Assembly: GCA_000165425.1 (NCBI GenBank)
Contig: CT867985.1
Coordinates: 62,001 to 126,000, forward strand
Reading direction: 5' to 3'
DNA from: Paramecium tetraurelia
Taxonomy: Eukaryota
Length of the DNA: 64,000 bases
Shown here: piece after piece, positions 15,111 through 27,741 of the stretch
Layout of the letters: each line of letters starts with the position of its first letter
Position numbering within the stretch: position 1 is the stretch's first letter
Translations under genes and position numbers: made by a program
The notes under the pieces: generated by a model
The model's input: only the letters and a program-made list of their open reading frames with translations
What the model was told of the DNA's origin: nothing
Databases searched by the model: none

Positions 15111-16507
15111 AACTTTCTCTTATTTTATTAATTCATTTAATATATAATATGGAACTTCAATTCTGAAATTTATTATCTATCGAAGCCCTCTACTTAACAT
15201 CTTGAAAATTCAGTTGTAATGGAATATTAGATATTAAATTATTATAAATACTATGTGATTGAATAAAACATTCATTTGATTCTGGAAAAACTACTACTAA
15301 TCTAATTTTCTATTTTATAATTGAAGATCTGATTATACTTCAAATTCAGGTTATTCGTAAGCCTTTCAATGAGTGAAGAAACTTTGTACTATTTTCTATA
15401 AATAACCTAATTTTCAACTGTCCAGGTTTTAATGCAATCTAATAAATTAGTAAAGTAATGTTTATTTACATTCGTAGTTGATAAATTTGAAAAAGGATGG
15501 ATCTTTTGCAAAATTTATCTTAGGGACCTAAGACATAAGCCAAAATTTCCATTATTATTTTCCTTAAATAGCTTTTCATATTTATGTTCAATCCAATCAT
15601 TAAGGAATTAATAAAACTTGCATTCTTTGTAATAATTAATGAATTAGTCAATATGTTGATCTAAAAATTCACCTACTTCTCTAATAAATCAACAATGTTG
15701 TTTCCTCCATTATTAAATAAAATTTTTTATTCAATCTATTATTATTAACATTTCTCTGTTAACCACAAGAATTGTCAATAGGTGATTTGAAAATAAGTTT
15801 TTTTACTCTCAAAACTAAAATAATTTTGCAATATCTCAAAAATGTAGAAGAATAAGTAATTAATTATTGGAAATGACTTGTTAAATCGTTATACAATATT
15901 TTATCCATTATTTTTATTGCCTAAATACTGTCATTGTTCATTCTGGTTCCCAATTGTCCATTGAAAGAAATGAAATAATCTGCCACTTCATATTAATTTA
16001 TCTTTCCTTTGCCCAAGATATTTTAGTGAAATAGTAACATGATTTAGCTTTCTCATCAACTAATAAAGTGAGGGCTTAACACAGAATTGCAGTTACCTTA
16101 GCCTCATATGAAATTTTTTATGTGTTTTTTATTAATCCATAAATCTAAAATATTAATATTCAAAACGATCTATACTATTGACTGTCTGATTCACCAGTAA
16201 ATATAAGAATTTTCTTTGGAGGGATGATGACTGACAAAAAATTATGAAATTTCTTTAATTATGGAATAAACAACTTCAACTACTTTATAAAAATTGAAAT
16301 TTTCTTCAAATAGTTCTCTACTAAGATAGAATGTCAATAGATATTTCTAATCAATAGCAAATTTATTCAAATACATAGAAGATTGAATAGATTAAGGAGA
16401 GATAATTTCACTGATTATAGAATAATAAAGGTCTAAAATAGAAATGAAAGTAAAACTGTGCGAATTAAATATATAATTATAATTTTCTAATACAACCTAC
16501 TATCAAT

Positions 16508-17092
16508 TCATATTAAACTTTTTCTAATTTTGGTTAGATTTGTTCTCATAGATTTTTAAAATCGATTAGTTTTGAAATTTGTTCCTGTAGCGAAATGTAC
16601 TTTCTTTTAATCAGAAAAGGAGTTGAAACTTCTATTAAGAGGAGACTTGAGAATACTCTTCTGTGAATGTTCCTCATAAATTTATTATTAGTAATTTCTT
16701 TGAAGATAAAACGATAAATCTAAATTTTAAATGTGGATGAGATCTCTCTATAACTTGATTTTTTTTTTGATTCCTCTAGTTTCACTCTTCACTGTCATAG
16801 GGCTATCAGTGATTTGAGATTTCTTTAACGAATTTTGACAATCCTCTTAAAAACTAAAACATTTCATTCTTCCCCTGCTGTTGTTGATATAATGAATTGG
16901 ATCATCTGCATCTCGTACTTCTGATTCAGATAACTTGTAATTTAAGTGATTTGTATAAGTAATGCTCATTTTTAATGATGAAAACTTTGTACTTTTGCTC
17001 ATCTCATTCAAAGTTCTCATCTTTGTATCCAGACTGTAGATATCAGAATCAATATTTTCAATCATTTTGCATTTAGCACACATTGAGCCCAT
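16508..17092 (-). CDS. Small N-acylated protein with SILK and KVHF (RVxF-type) motifs
   Basis: Starts MGSMCAKC. C-terminal KSILKSP...KKVHFATGTNF. Continuous frame to TGA at 16508-16510. Confidence 0.75.
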
Positions 17093-17507
17093 TTATAAAA
17101 ATTTTAATCATAAAAATCAATTTAATCGAAAGGCTTTATGTTCCTTAGGAATAGTTAATAACTTATCCTTCATTAGCTTAAGTACAGTTGATTCGATCAT
17201 CGTAAATTATCTTAAGTATAAAATAAGTGATAAAATTTTTTGTTTCAATTGAATTGAAATTGTGTTTGTTCTAAAGAGAAGAAAGAACTTTCATGCTCAG
17301 TAATAATTAATGTGAAGGATTAATTAAATATTAGTTTTATAGTAAAATAAATTATAATAGATAAAAACTCACTTCTATTATATAAATAATGGAATTATTG
17401 CTTACACCTTATCCTATTTATAGGTGGTGTTGAAGATTTAGAAAACTATAAATAAAAAAATAAATAAAAATAATGTAATTATTAATAAATTTAATAATTT
17501 TTAAACA

Positions 17508-18229
17508 ATGTCTTCAGTTTAGCAATTTTGCGAAGATCTATCAAATATAGACTTAAATGATCCAAAAGCTAAAGAAGTGATGATGGAAAGAATAAAAAAG
17601 TATGATGAAAAGTAACTATTATAGCTGAAATTAGTTTTGCTCAAACCAATTTTCATCCAACTCCTTCATAATTATCATAAAATTATAAGAAGGATACTTC
17701 AAAGATCTAACTACCATCAAATGGATCCGAAATGGAAAAGCAATTAAAAACATAATTTATAGCAGATGGATCAATTTTTGGAGAATACCAATAAATTTTA
17801 AGATAAGCACATGTACCTGCTTTTGTTGTACCACCTCCACCTCCTCCAAAACCAGAAGAATAAGCTGCATAAATCTTCTTACGATTACCATACAATTATC
17901 TTGATTAAAATGCTAATTCAAAGAATGAGTCTAACATCCTATAACAACCCTAAAATCACTAACTCAGCTAACTCTCAAATTTATTCTCTACCATTCAACA
18001 CCAAAATTAAATCCAAAATCAAAATTAGTAGCAACAAATTCAAAATCCATCAGCTATCCAAGCAAATATTTTGAATAATCAATAATAAATGGATTTATAA
18101 ATGCAAATGAATCAAACACCTAATGGTTTAGATAGTGATTTTATAACCAATATCAAAAAAACAGTTAATGTATTGGGTGGAATAGAGGACACAGTTTAAA
18201 GTATATATAATGACTATATTAAGTCATGA
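17508..18229 (+). CDS. Hypothetical Pro/Gln-rich protein
   Basis: MSSVQQFCEDLSNIDLNDPKAKEVMMERIKKYDE. A 23-nt intron (17612-17634) joins it to a frame with VPPPPPPKPEEQ and Q/N-rich repeats. Confidence 0.6.
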
Positions 18230-19783
18230 AATAATCTTTATAAGATTATGAATTACAACATTAGGTTGAGAGAAAGATAGAAAAACAGCCAATCTTCAAA
18301 AATTCAACTTTGATGAATCCATTAAAGGGTACCTAAACACCAACTAATCCATAATAATATCATCCGTTTGAAAGATATATGGCAACAGAACAATTATCTG
18401 TAATACAACAATCACAAAGGTTAAGGGAATAAAAATTATAACAGAATGTCCACTAATGAAGAGTGATTTAAGTTGAAAAATTGTAATTTTTGTTGAGTAT
18501 AATTATTATTTTATTTAATATATTAAGTCTCTTGCTAAATTTCAAATAAATTGATTAGATATTTTTAAAATTACACAAAATAAATCAAACACTATAGAGT
18601 CCAAAATATTCTCGAAATGGCTTCAGTAATATTCGATAATCTCATTGCTATTCTATCATTTTAAATATTGGATAGAAATGATTAAATCAACACAATAAAT
18701 CCTCCTATTCTGTATAGTTTTCAAAATAAACATAAAAACTTAATGCTTTATGTCATCTGAAGATTCTTAATTGTTATCCATTACATTCTTGCTTTAACAA
18801 AGAATATATATCATTAATTTTTAAGAATTCCACTTTTGTATCGAATTTTGATATATCAGTTTCTTTCTGATTTAATTTTTAAAGCAAAGAGAATTGAAAT
18901 TTGTTTGAAAATGTATTGTTTGAAGAGAAGAGTTCTTATAATTTGGAGGTGATTTCATTAAGTAGAGTCTTGTTGTATGATGGATTATTCAGAAAAGTAT
19001 TTTCGATGATAGTTAAGCAGTATTTCATTTTTATCAAGTTAATTAATAGTCTTATTTTGAATCCATACTTAATAATTGATAAATTCTCTAAGGGATGATT
19101 AAGAAACAAATTAATATATTACATTATTTTAGCTGATGCATCAATTTCCTTAACCTATGAACCAATATTGCCCTACAGATCTAAAAATAGTGGATAATTT
19201 TTCAATAAAGTTTATTATTTTCATTGATTTATAGTCAATGGTAAAGGATATCAACTTCCTTTAGATACATTATGGATTATTTTTAGTATTTAATAAGGAG
19301 TCCTTTCAGAGATGTGTAGTTGAATTTTTCATCAAATACAGTGCAGCATATATTTGTTTGATGTTCAAATATAATACATTTTTGTACCAAACTGATTCCA
19401 AGTTTCGCAAGGGAAGTATGTAATCCTTTTCTTCCATTATTGTATATAATAACCAAATCATGTGACTGTTTATCAAATTGTCACTAATTTGATTAGCTAT
19501 AACACGAGCATATGATTGCCTATCAATAAATTGATTGACGTGAGATCTCCATTTATGTAATCTGCAATCATTTCATATTTTACAAAAGTTTAATCGATTT
19601 CTAAGATTATTAAATAATTCAATTGAGTTTTAACTTAATCCCATTTTAATCAAGGTGTTGGATCATTACTTGCAAATTCCTGTAATTGAGAGCCTTTTTG
19701 AATAGCTTTAGAAAATAATACTTTTTCTTAATTGTTTTGTATTTTAGAACATATTAAAATCTTTAATTTTCATTTTTCAAATT

Positions 19784-20277
19784 ATGGCTGAATAAACCCA
19801 AGACAAACAATTCAAGGGAGTTAAGAAGTTTACTTATAGAGGTCTCTAACTTGAGGAGCTCGTAAAACTTCCTATGGATAAATTGGTGGAATAATTCAGA
19901 GCCAGATAGAGAAGAAGAATCTCAAATCAAGGAGAAAAGGTGCATGCATTCTAAAACTTGATGAAGAAGGTATAGAATATAAGTAATATATTTAGATCAG
20001 AAAGTCCAAGAAAGAAACATTACCAGGAGAGAAGCCAAAACCCGTGAAGACTCATTAAAGAAACACAATTGTTGTACCTGAGATGGTTGGTTCAATTGTT
20101 GGAGTCTACAATGGAAGATAATTCAGTAACGTTGAAATCAAGTTTGATATGATTGGCAGGTATTGATTTGTAAAAGCATGTATTAGATATTTGGGTGAAT
20201 TCTCATTAACATATAAGCCAACCAGACATGGTAAGCCAGGTGTCGGTGCAACTAAGGGATCATAACACACAGATTGA
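19784..20277 (+). CDS. RPS15: 40S ribosomal protein S15 (uS19)
   Basis: [13 protein letters not shown]...[63 protein letters not shown]. Two ~26-nt introns (19970-19995 and ~20160-20186). Confidence 0.97.
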
Positions 20278-20523
20278 TGTTATGAATTTAAAAGTACATT
20301 AAGTCAATTCTACAATTATAAATTATGCTTGCAATAACAATTAATTTTATTATGTAAAGCAACCAAATGTTAGATATTAAATAATAATTTCTTTTTCTCT
20401 AAAACCTATCTCCTTATCTTATTCAATTCTGATTGTTATTTGTGATTTCTTCAATTTATAATATATTTGTATTGATATTAATATTCAAATATTAGTATAG
20501 ATTGATTTACAATTTTACAATAA

Positions 20524-21975
20524 TCAATTATGGTATTCGAAAGCCAAAGAATTTCTGATTGATTCAACTTAAGAGAAGGATTAATGTTGATTACTTTAAT
20601 TAACCAAAGGATCGTTCTTCATAATGACTTCATCCATTCTATAACTCCACTAGAGCATTTCCAATTATTTTTGACTTTTACATTGCATCCTTATATTAAT
20701 TAAATCGAATGGACTTTGGCATTCAGGACAATACTGTTAAATAACTTGAAATATTACTTTATGGTTGTCCAGCCATTTATCAATGCATGGTGTGTGGAAT
20801 AAATGCTCACAAAATGTTAATCTAATTTGAGTTCCATGATTATATGTATCTTAACAGATGGAGCATTTTTCATATACTAAATACTTATTTTATCTTGTAA
20901 TCAAGGCACCATATTCTTATGATGGACAGAATCTATTCATTAAGGTGATTATAGCATTTTCATCCAAGTTTTTGGGTTCTAAATTTATCCTTTTTGGAAC
21001 TCTTGATTTTTTTTGAAATTTTGATCTCATAGTACAAACAATTATTAAAAATAGTAATGTACCAATTATGGTGGTCAAGATAATGATTAACTAATAAGCA
21101 TCTGCAGCATCGTTGCTTTAGTTTAAATACGTGATTTCTAAATTGTCAAAATAAACTAAATAATAGAAATTAACAGTTTAATTAAATTATTTTTGGAAGG
21201 ATTCTATTTTTTTTTAGCATGATGCAATATCACTTTTTGTGATATTCAAAATGCTATTAACATTTAATTAAATTAAATTTGGATTCATGCTATCAATGAT
21301 ACAATAAGTTATATATTTTGAGTTGCTTTAGAATTTTAATACATAATCCAGGTTATAATATTACTTTATGTCTAAATAATACATTTTAAATCCCTAAAAC
21401 ATATATTAGGTTTGGATGTTATCCAAAACTAAATGACAGTCATTTCCAATTTGTTACTCTCTACAAATGCAGAATGAGTTTCGACACTCAGAGTCATTCT
21501 TACAATCACTAAGTTTATTTACAATAGTACTAGAAGCATTCCTCGGTGGTTTAGTAGGAATATTAGATTGTAACATCAGTTTCCTGAAGCGATTAAATAC
21601 CAATTACACTCGATTCATTATATTCATACAAATTCAAATAGGATGAAATTCGGCTCTATTATTTTACTTAGCCAAATATTAATTGTTATGAAGACTTCAT
21701 ATGATATGAGAACCAATCTACAAAGCAACTTCATTATCATGAATTCTTAACCTTGAATTTTATAATAATTGCTCAAAAGTATATTCAGTCGGTTATATGT
21801 AACATATAAAAAGAAGAGGTTAATCCTCTTTCTTTTCTTTCTGAAAAAAGTCTAAGACCAATCTAACCTAGGATTTCATTTCAAATGGAATAAACTTAAT
21901 TCCCTTTAATGAACTATATTGTTGAAGTTGGCATGCACATATCCCAAAGACAATTAAGAGGAAGCATTATTTCAT
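20524..21975 (-). CDS. Type I membrane RING-H2 E3 ligase with a luminal EGF-like module
   Basis: Signal peptide MKQCFLLIVFGICAC. EGF-like CFYDCKNDSECRNSFCICREQQIGNDC. TM LIIILTTIIGTLLFLIIVC. RING-H2 CSICQDTYNHGTQIRLTFCEHLFHTPCIDKWLDNHKYCPEC. Confidence 0.85.
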
Positions 21976-22911
21976 ATTAATATTAAATATCTATTCAGTT
22001 TAGCTAACCAAATCTCATTTCTAAACAAAATTAAAAATGTATAATTTTTGTTTTAGAATGACGCCTTATTTAATGAATCTCAAGTAAGTAAGGCAAGCTT
22101 AGAACAAATTAGATTATAGACTTAGTCTAAACGAAATATCATAGCTTGTCTGAGAAAAATAACAAAACTCATTTTCAAAATAATAAATGAAAAATTATTT
22201 TATTATATTCATTGTTGACCATTAGAATGTGACTCCTAAGTTGATTTATACTACCAATAACAAGAAATGTTCTTTAAATTAAATTACTAATTGGAATATT
22301 TCCAGATATTTACTTTTTTAGAAAATCAAAATTGCTAAAAATAGATTCTGAACTAAGTACAATGAACCTAATTTTTAGAATTTATAGCTAGAATGTAACT
22401 AATGCTTTCTTATAATTTGCATGTAGGTTGATTGCAATCTTTAGCACAACAAAAAGATAGAAAGGAAGAGTATTTGATGAAAAAGGCATTGAAATAAAAG
22501 GACACTTTAATTAAAATATATATATGTAGATAGTAGAATCAAATAGAAATCATCCATATTTTGCTTTAAGATTTATTCATATTGTTATAATAAAATTCCT
22601 AAATTTATAATGAATTTTCCTTATTTTTAATTTTCTTTTGGTTATTGTGAATATTTACTAGAGTAATATCATTCATCTTAAGAACAAAAGAGTTTTTTAA
22701 TATTAAATAATTATTCAATAAATAAATTTTTTTTATTGTATTTAATTAATTATTAAAGAAAAGATGTTTACAGTAATTTCAGTGTTATGAAGTTGAAAAT
22801 TATATTATATTATTTGAAAATCTTTCCATCAAAACTATTGTAAATATAAAATATTATTTTTGTAGTGATTTTTAGGAACTCAAAAAAATTTAATAAATAC
22901 TTTTTTCATTA

Positions 22912-23995
22912 ATGAAAAATTAGGATGAGAAAAAACTTTAATTAGACAGAATAGGCACAGCCAGTACTATGGCCTAAACTGGACAATAATCTCATTTTTA
23001 GTAATAATTATAATGTGAATTCATCTAACCTGCTTTTGGTAAAAAGAAAAAAGAGCAAAACTATAAGATCAATAATAGGTATTAAAAACAGGATATGAAT
23101 GATGACCCTGTCGATTAAGACCAGTAAATATGTGATAACTAGAACCAATAGAAAATATAATAATTTTAATAAATTGACTTGCAGACTAAGTAAAAAAAAG
23201 CAAAAGATGATGAAAACTAGAAATTAATTAAATTTAATGAAGATCAATATAACGATGGTAATCAATATTCAGAACCCGATTAAAATTAAGAATCACCTGT
23301 TATGAAACCTAAGAAAATCAAAGGTGATCATCTTTATATCACTTGGTATCATATTTTTGAATTTTAGTTAGATAAAGTCTTTTGCGGAATTTTTAGTGAA
23401 GTATCAATTACAAGACATTGCTCATCCTTATATAACAAAGAACACAAAAACTAAATGTTGCATATTTACTGTGAATACAAAATAGTCTCTCTATTAGACC
23501 TAAAAATAAAATATTATTAAGGTTGGCTAGTTGCTATATGATGATGATAATGAAGATCATTGTAACTTACTATATTCAATTTTCTATTTAATATTTCAAT
23601 TAGAAAAGCTATCAAAACTAAAATCTTAAGAGATCTCTAATAATAAAATTAACTTGTTCTAATTATTATATACTTTATCTTGTGTTACCTTGTTTGGAGA
23701 TGATATATTTCAAATTGGAAAATTTGACAAAGAATAGATAATCTCAAATATGTTTTTCTGTTCCAAATATATTTTTCAAGGTTTAAAAAATGGAATTTTG
23801 GATCCTATTTTTAAAAACACTGAAAGTAAAGGGGAGACATTCCATAATCTAATGACTTGCATTCATATGGGAGTATTTCGATGTATTTCCATTTCTAATT
23901 GTACTTAGGAATAGGAAATTTTTAAAAATTTAGAAAATAAAAGTGTTAAATTCCTTTTAGATGATTGGAAAAAGAACAAATTTAAAAATAATTGA
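22912..23995 (+). CDS. Hypothetical protein, weak resemblance to the ELMO/CED-12 domain
   Basis: Q/D-rich N-terminus, then a multi-exon region with LYDDDNEDH and ETFHNLMTCIHMGVFR. The 3' exon structure is uncertain. Confidence 0.4.
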
Positions 23996-24240
23996 AAATT
24001 TTTGATTAAATCAATTTTGATTTTTATAAATTAATTAAAAAGTTGTTTTTAGGTTAGCTATCTTTTTTTGAGGATATACACAATTTTCTAATTTCTAGTT
24101 TTGAATATAACTGAATATTTTTGAAGAAACAAATTAAATTAAAAATAAATCAAATATATATATAAAGGGTTATATTATAAAAAAGGTTTATATCCAATTT
24201 TATTTCTTTTTAAAGATACGTACATTATTAAAAATAATTC

Positions 24241-24570
24241 ATGGATAATTTAAAGAAAGCATAAAAGCTTATGTAAGTTTAGTAGTTATACTTAGAAAAT
24301 TTGGATAAATAACAAAAGAAGACATTGTGATTGGCAATGATGAAGTTGATAGAAAATTTTTGACTCCTTGCGGTCCTGTGTATACAGAGTATCACGAATG
24401 TTTGAAATAAAATTATGGAGATGTCCTCATCTGTATGCCTGCATTTAAATACATTAGGTGATAAATTTAGAGAGAAGATGATTGAATGTGAAGTTAGTCA
24501 AGGATTTTTCAAATATGACGTATCTGAAATAAGAAAAAGAAGATAAAAACTCCATGGTAGTGATGCTTGA
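24241..24570 (+). CDS. Twin CX9C (CHCH) small protein, probably mitochondrial intermembrane space
   Basis: After removing two short introns: C-GPVYTEYHE-C-LKQNYGDVLI-C-DKFREKMIE-C. Confidence 0.8.
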
Positions 24571-24980
24571 TAGATTAATTATTAAAGAAGAATTATAGCT
24601 CATCATTATTATTATTTATATTAATTTTCATTATTTTTATTTTTCATAATAAATTTGATCTTCATTTTAGCAAGCTAAATGTATGAGTGGATACATAAAA
24701 GATGCTTTGAGAATGCAAGAATCTCATTGAAGATGAATGGTAATTAAAAATGAACAATTCTAAAAATAAATGTAATAAATTAATTAATTCTTAATCAAAT
24801 TTTATAATATATTTGTTTTATCAATCAGATAGAAACCAATTGTTGATCAATAATCATAATTAAAAATAATTCAATTGTTATTTAGATATACATCATATTG
24901 ATGTTGTAAAAATCTTTAAAAAATCAAAGAAGTAGGAATTGGGTCGGTTTTTTTTCCATAATTACTTTATTTTATTTAAA

Positions 24981-26061
24981 ATGAGCGATGGAGTTGGTTT
25001 CTTCTTTGATTTCTATTAAGACTTTCAGTCCTGCGAACTTGAATTGAACTAAAACCAGATATTAGATCAAAATTTTGAATATTAGTTTTGTTATGATCAT
25101 TCAAAGGAAATGATGTAATATAGCAAGAAATATATAAATTAGTGAATTTTAACTTTAGAACCTCTAGATTGAAAATTAATAACAGGAAGAACAATTATCA
25201 TTTTCCAAGAATTTATATGAATTATAAAGTTGTGATTCCTCAAGCGAGGAGGAGAATAGCAAATAATAATATCAAAATTTTGAGTAATTAAATTAATCAA
25301 GAAGCAGAAGTAGAGAGATAGAAAAAAAAGTATTCTTTAATATATGAAAGAATATAGGAAGGGAAATTAAAGAAGTGGACATAATTAGAAAGTGATTTAT
25401 TGACGAATTATTATAATCAATTTAATGGAAATTGGGATAGAATTGCTGAATAAATGAAAGGGAGAACTATCATTTAATGTAAGCAATATTGGCATAGAAA
25501 ACATAAAGATGAGGATTAGAAAAAAAGTAAATGGACATTTGAAGAGGATTAAATAATTAAAGATAACATCAATTAGTATGAAAATAATTGGGCAGCCATT
25601 GCAAAAAGTAATTGTTGTTCCTAAATTATCAGTATTAAAAAGTAAGACAGGAAAATAAATAAGAGAGAGGTATATCAATAAATTGAGAGCAGACATCGTA
25701 GATTCTAAGAAATAGCCATGGACACCATAGGAAGATTTAAAACTAATACAGTTATTTCATTAATTTGGATCAAAATGGTCTAGTATAGCAAGATAGTTTT
25801 ATGGAAGATCAGTATGTTATTAATTTGATTTAGGATTTGCAAGTTCGAAATAGGACAAGGAAATTGCTAAAAGATGATATACCTTAATACCCAAAGTCAG
25901 TAGAAGATTAGAAATTGAAAATATAAGTTTAATTAGAAAATGATTTTGATGCATTCAACGATATAGGTTCCACTTGTGGAAAGCCTCAAAATAAAATAAA
26001 ATTTAGTTTTGATTAGTCCAATTCTTCAACATTCTCATTCAATTAAACTAAATTAGATTGA
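24981..26061 (+). CDS. Three-repeat Myb DNA-binding protein
   Basis: KKWTQLESDLL...NWDRIAEQMKGRTIIQCKQYW; KWTFEEDQII...NWAAIAK..KTGKQIRERYINKL; PWTPQEDLKLIQLFHQFGSKWSSIA...GRSDLQVRNR. Confidence 0.9.
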
Positions 26062-26156
26062 TTTTAATTATTTATATAGTTTCTTTATTTGTAAAACTTT
26101 AATTTAACAATTATTGTCGTGATAAGGATTGAATATTCACTAAAAGTGTTTCAAAA

Positions 26157-27667
26157 ATGTTTTTACAGAATTTTGATTATGAAAGTTCTTATAAATCTTT
26201 TGACATAACTTTAGAAAAGTAATTTGAAATAATAACTTTTAATGAACTTAAATATCTGTTAAGAACTATTTCTATTTACTCTAAATATTTTGATAAACAT
26301 CTCTTTAAATTATTATTTCATTATTCTAGTTGAACCTTAAATGAAATCTTCAATTTGCTAATAGACAGTATCAAATATTCAATAATTGATCAATTTAATT
26401 TAAATTCTAAATCAAAATGTTTGTTTAAATAACCAATTTAAGATAAATATATTATAATTAACAATGAAATGATATAATTATAGCAGTATCTATAAGAATA
26501 AAAAAGGCAGATTGATTAATAGTGAGTATCAATAATTTAGTCCAAAAAATGCCAAGACCATAAGGATTAAGTTTGTCCATTAGAATAGGATAGTTGCAAT
26601 TCATAATATAATACTTAAAGGATGGTCAATATTAAAAATTAATGATGAGTTACCATATTAATTCGAAGGACTGCTAAATTTGGTATTTTAAATTAAGCGA
26701 AGTTAACAATAAAAGTAAGTGTATTTTGTGAAAAGCATCTTAAATGAGAGTTGAAATATCATAAATTTTGTACATGAGTCACCCTTTGAATTAATACAAA
26801 ATAATTTTATATATGAAAAGAAAAAATATTACTTTATAATTAAATCCAAATGAAGTTTATTAATTACCACTAAGGAAGTTGTCTTTATTGGAACTACTTT
26901 AGAAAAAATTGATAAAACATAAATAACTTAGATCTATTGAATAAGATTAATCAGAATAAATAATTACAAAGAAATAATTAAAAGCTCCATTAAGAAACAA
27001 AAGTTGCGAGTGTTCATGTTGTGGATTATGGTAAATAAAATTAATAGACAAAGAATAAATTAATCAAATAAATCAGTAAATAGTGATAAAAAGAAAAAAT
27101 AGATTAAGAAAAATATTTGTAAATAGTGTCAAAATGATAATTTAAGTAAATCGCTTTTCTTAATGTGGATTAGAGCATTTAGTGAATCGATTAAAAAGGA
27201 AAATGCAGAGAATTAAATCATTGCATAAAGTTGAAAATAAGCAAATTTTATTCATTAAATGTAATACTTAACTTATGTTAGCTCATTATCATATTGATTT
27301 GGGAAATATGATAAATGATCAATCTCCGCAAAATAACACCAATGAGATTTAGAAAACAAAATAAAAGTCAAAGAAACTTCATTTAAGATTAAATAAAAGA
27401 GCTGATGATAAATATTAGAATAGCAAATAAAGTGATCATTTTGATTTATCAAAGTACACAATAAGAAGTAGATCGAATAATACTATAAACTAATATATCT
27501 AATAAAAATTGACTCATATTAATTACTTACCTCCTATATCTCTACCTCAAACAGCAAGATCTAATATAAGCGAGAATAAATAATTAGGTCAATTATCACC
27601 TTATAGTCGATTATCTTAACCAAAAGGATTTATAACGAGATCAGTTTCAACAAATAAAAGAAGATGA
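26157..27667 (+). pseudogene. Degenerate ciliate-specific gene (RNKSCECSCCG motif)
   Basis: Coding-like segments (MFLQNFDYESSY..., APLRNKSCECSCCG, S/T-rich tail) broken by several in-frame TGAs that plausible introns do not remove. Confidence 0.35.
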
Positions 27668-27741
27668 TTAAAAATATTACAATTATTGTAATTATTATAA
27701 TTATTTTAATATACATCCTTAATTCTTCAAATTTATTTGTA

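Noticed and set aside
18240..18480. Possible small minus-strand membrane ORF
   Set aside because: No clear start or stop, and the length is within chance for a one-stop code.
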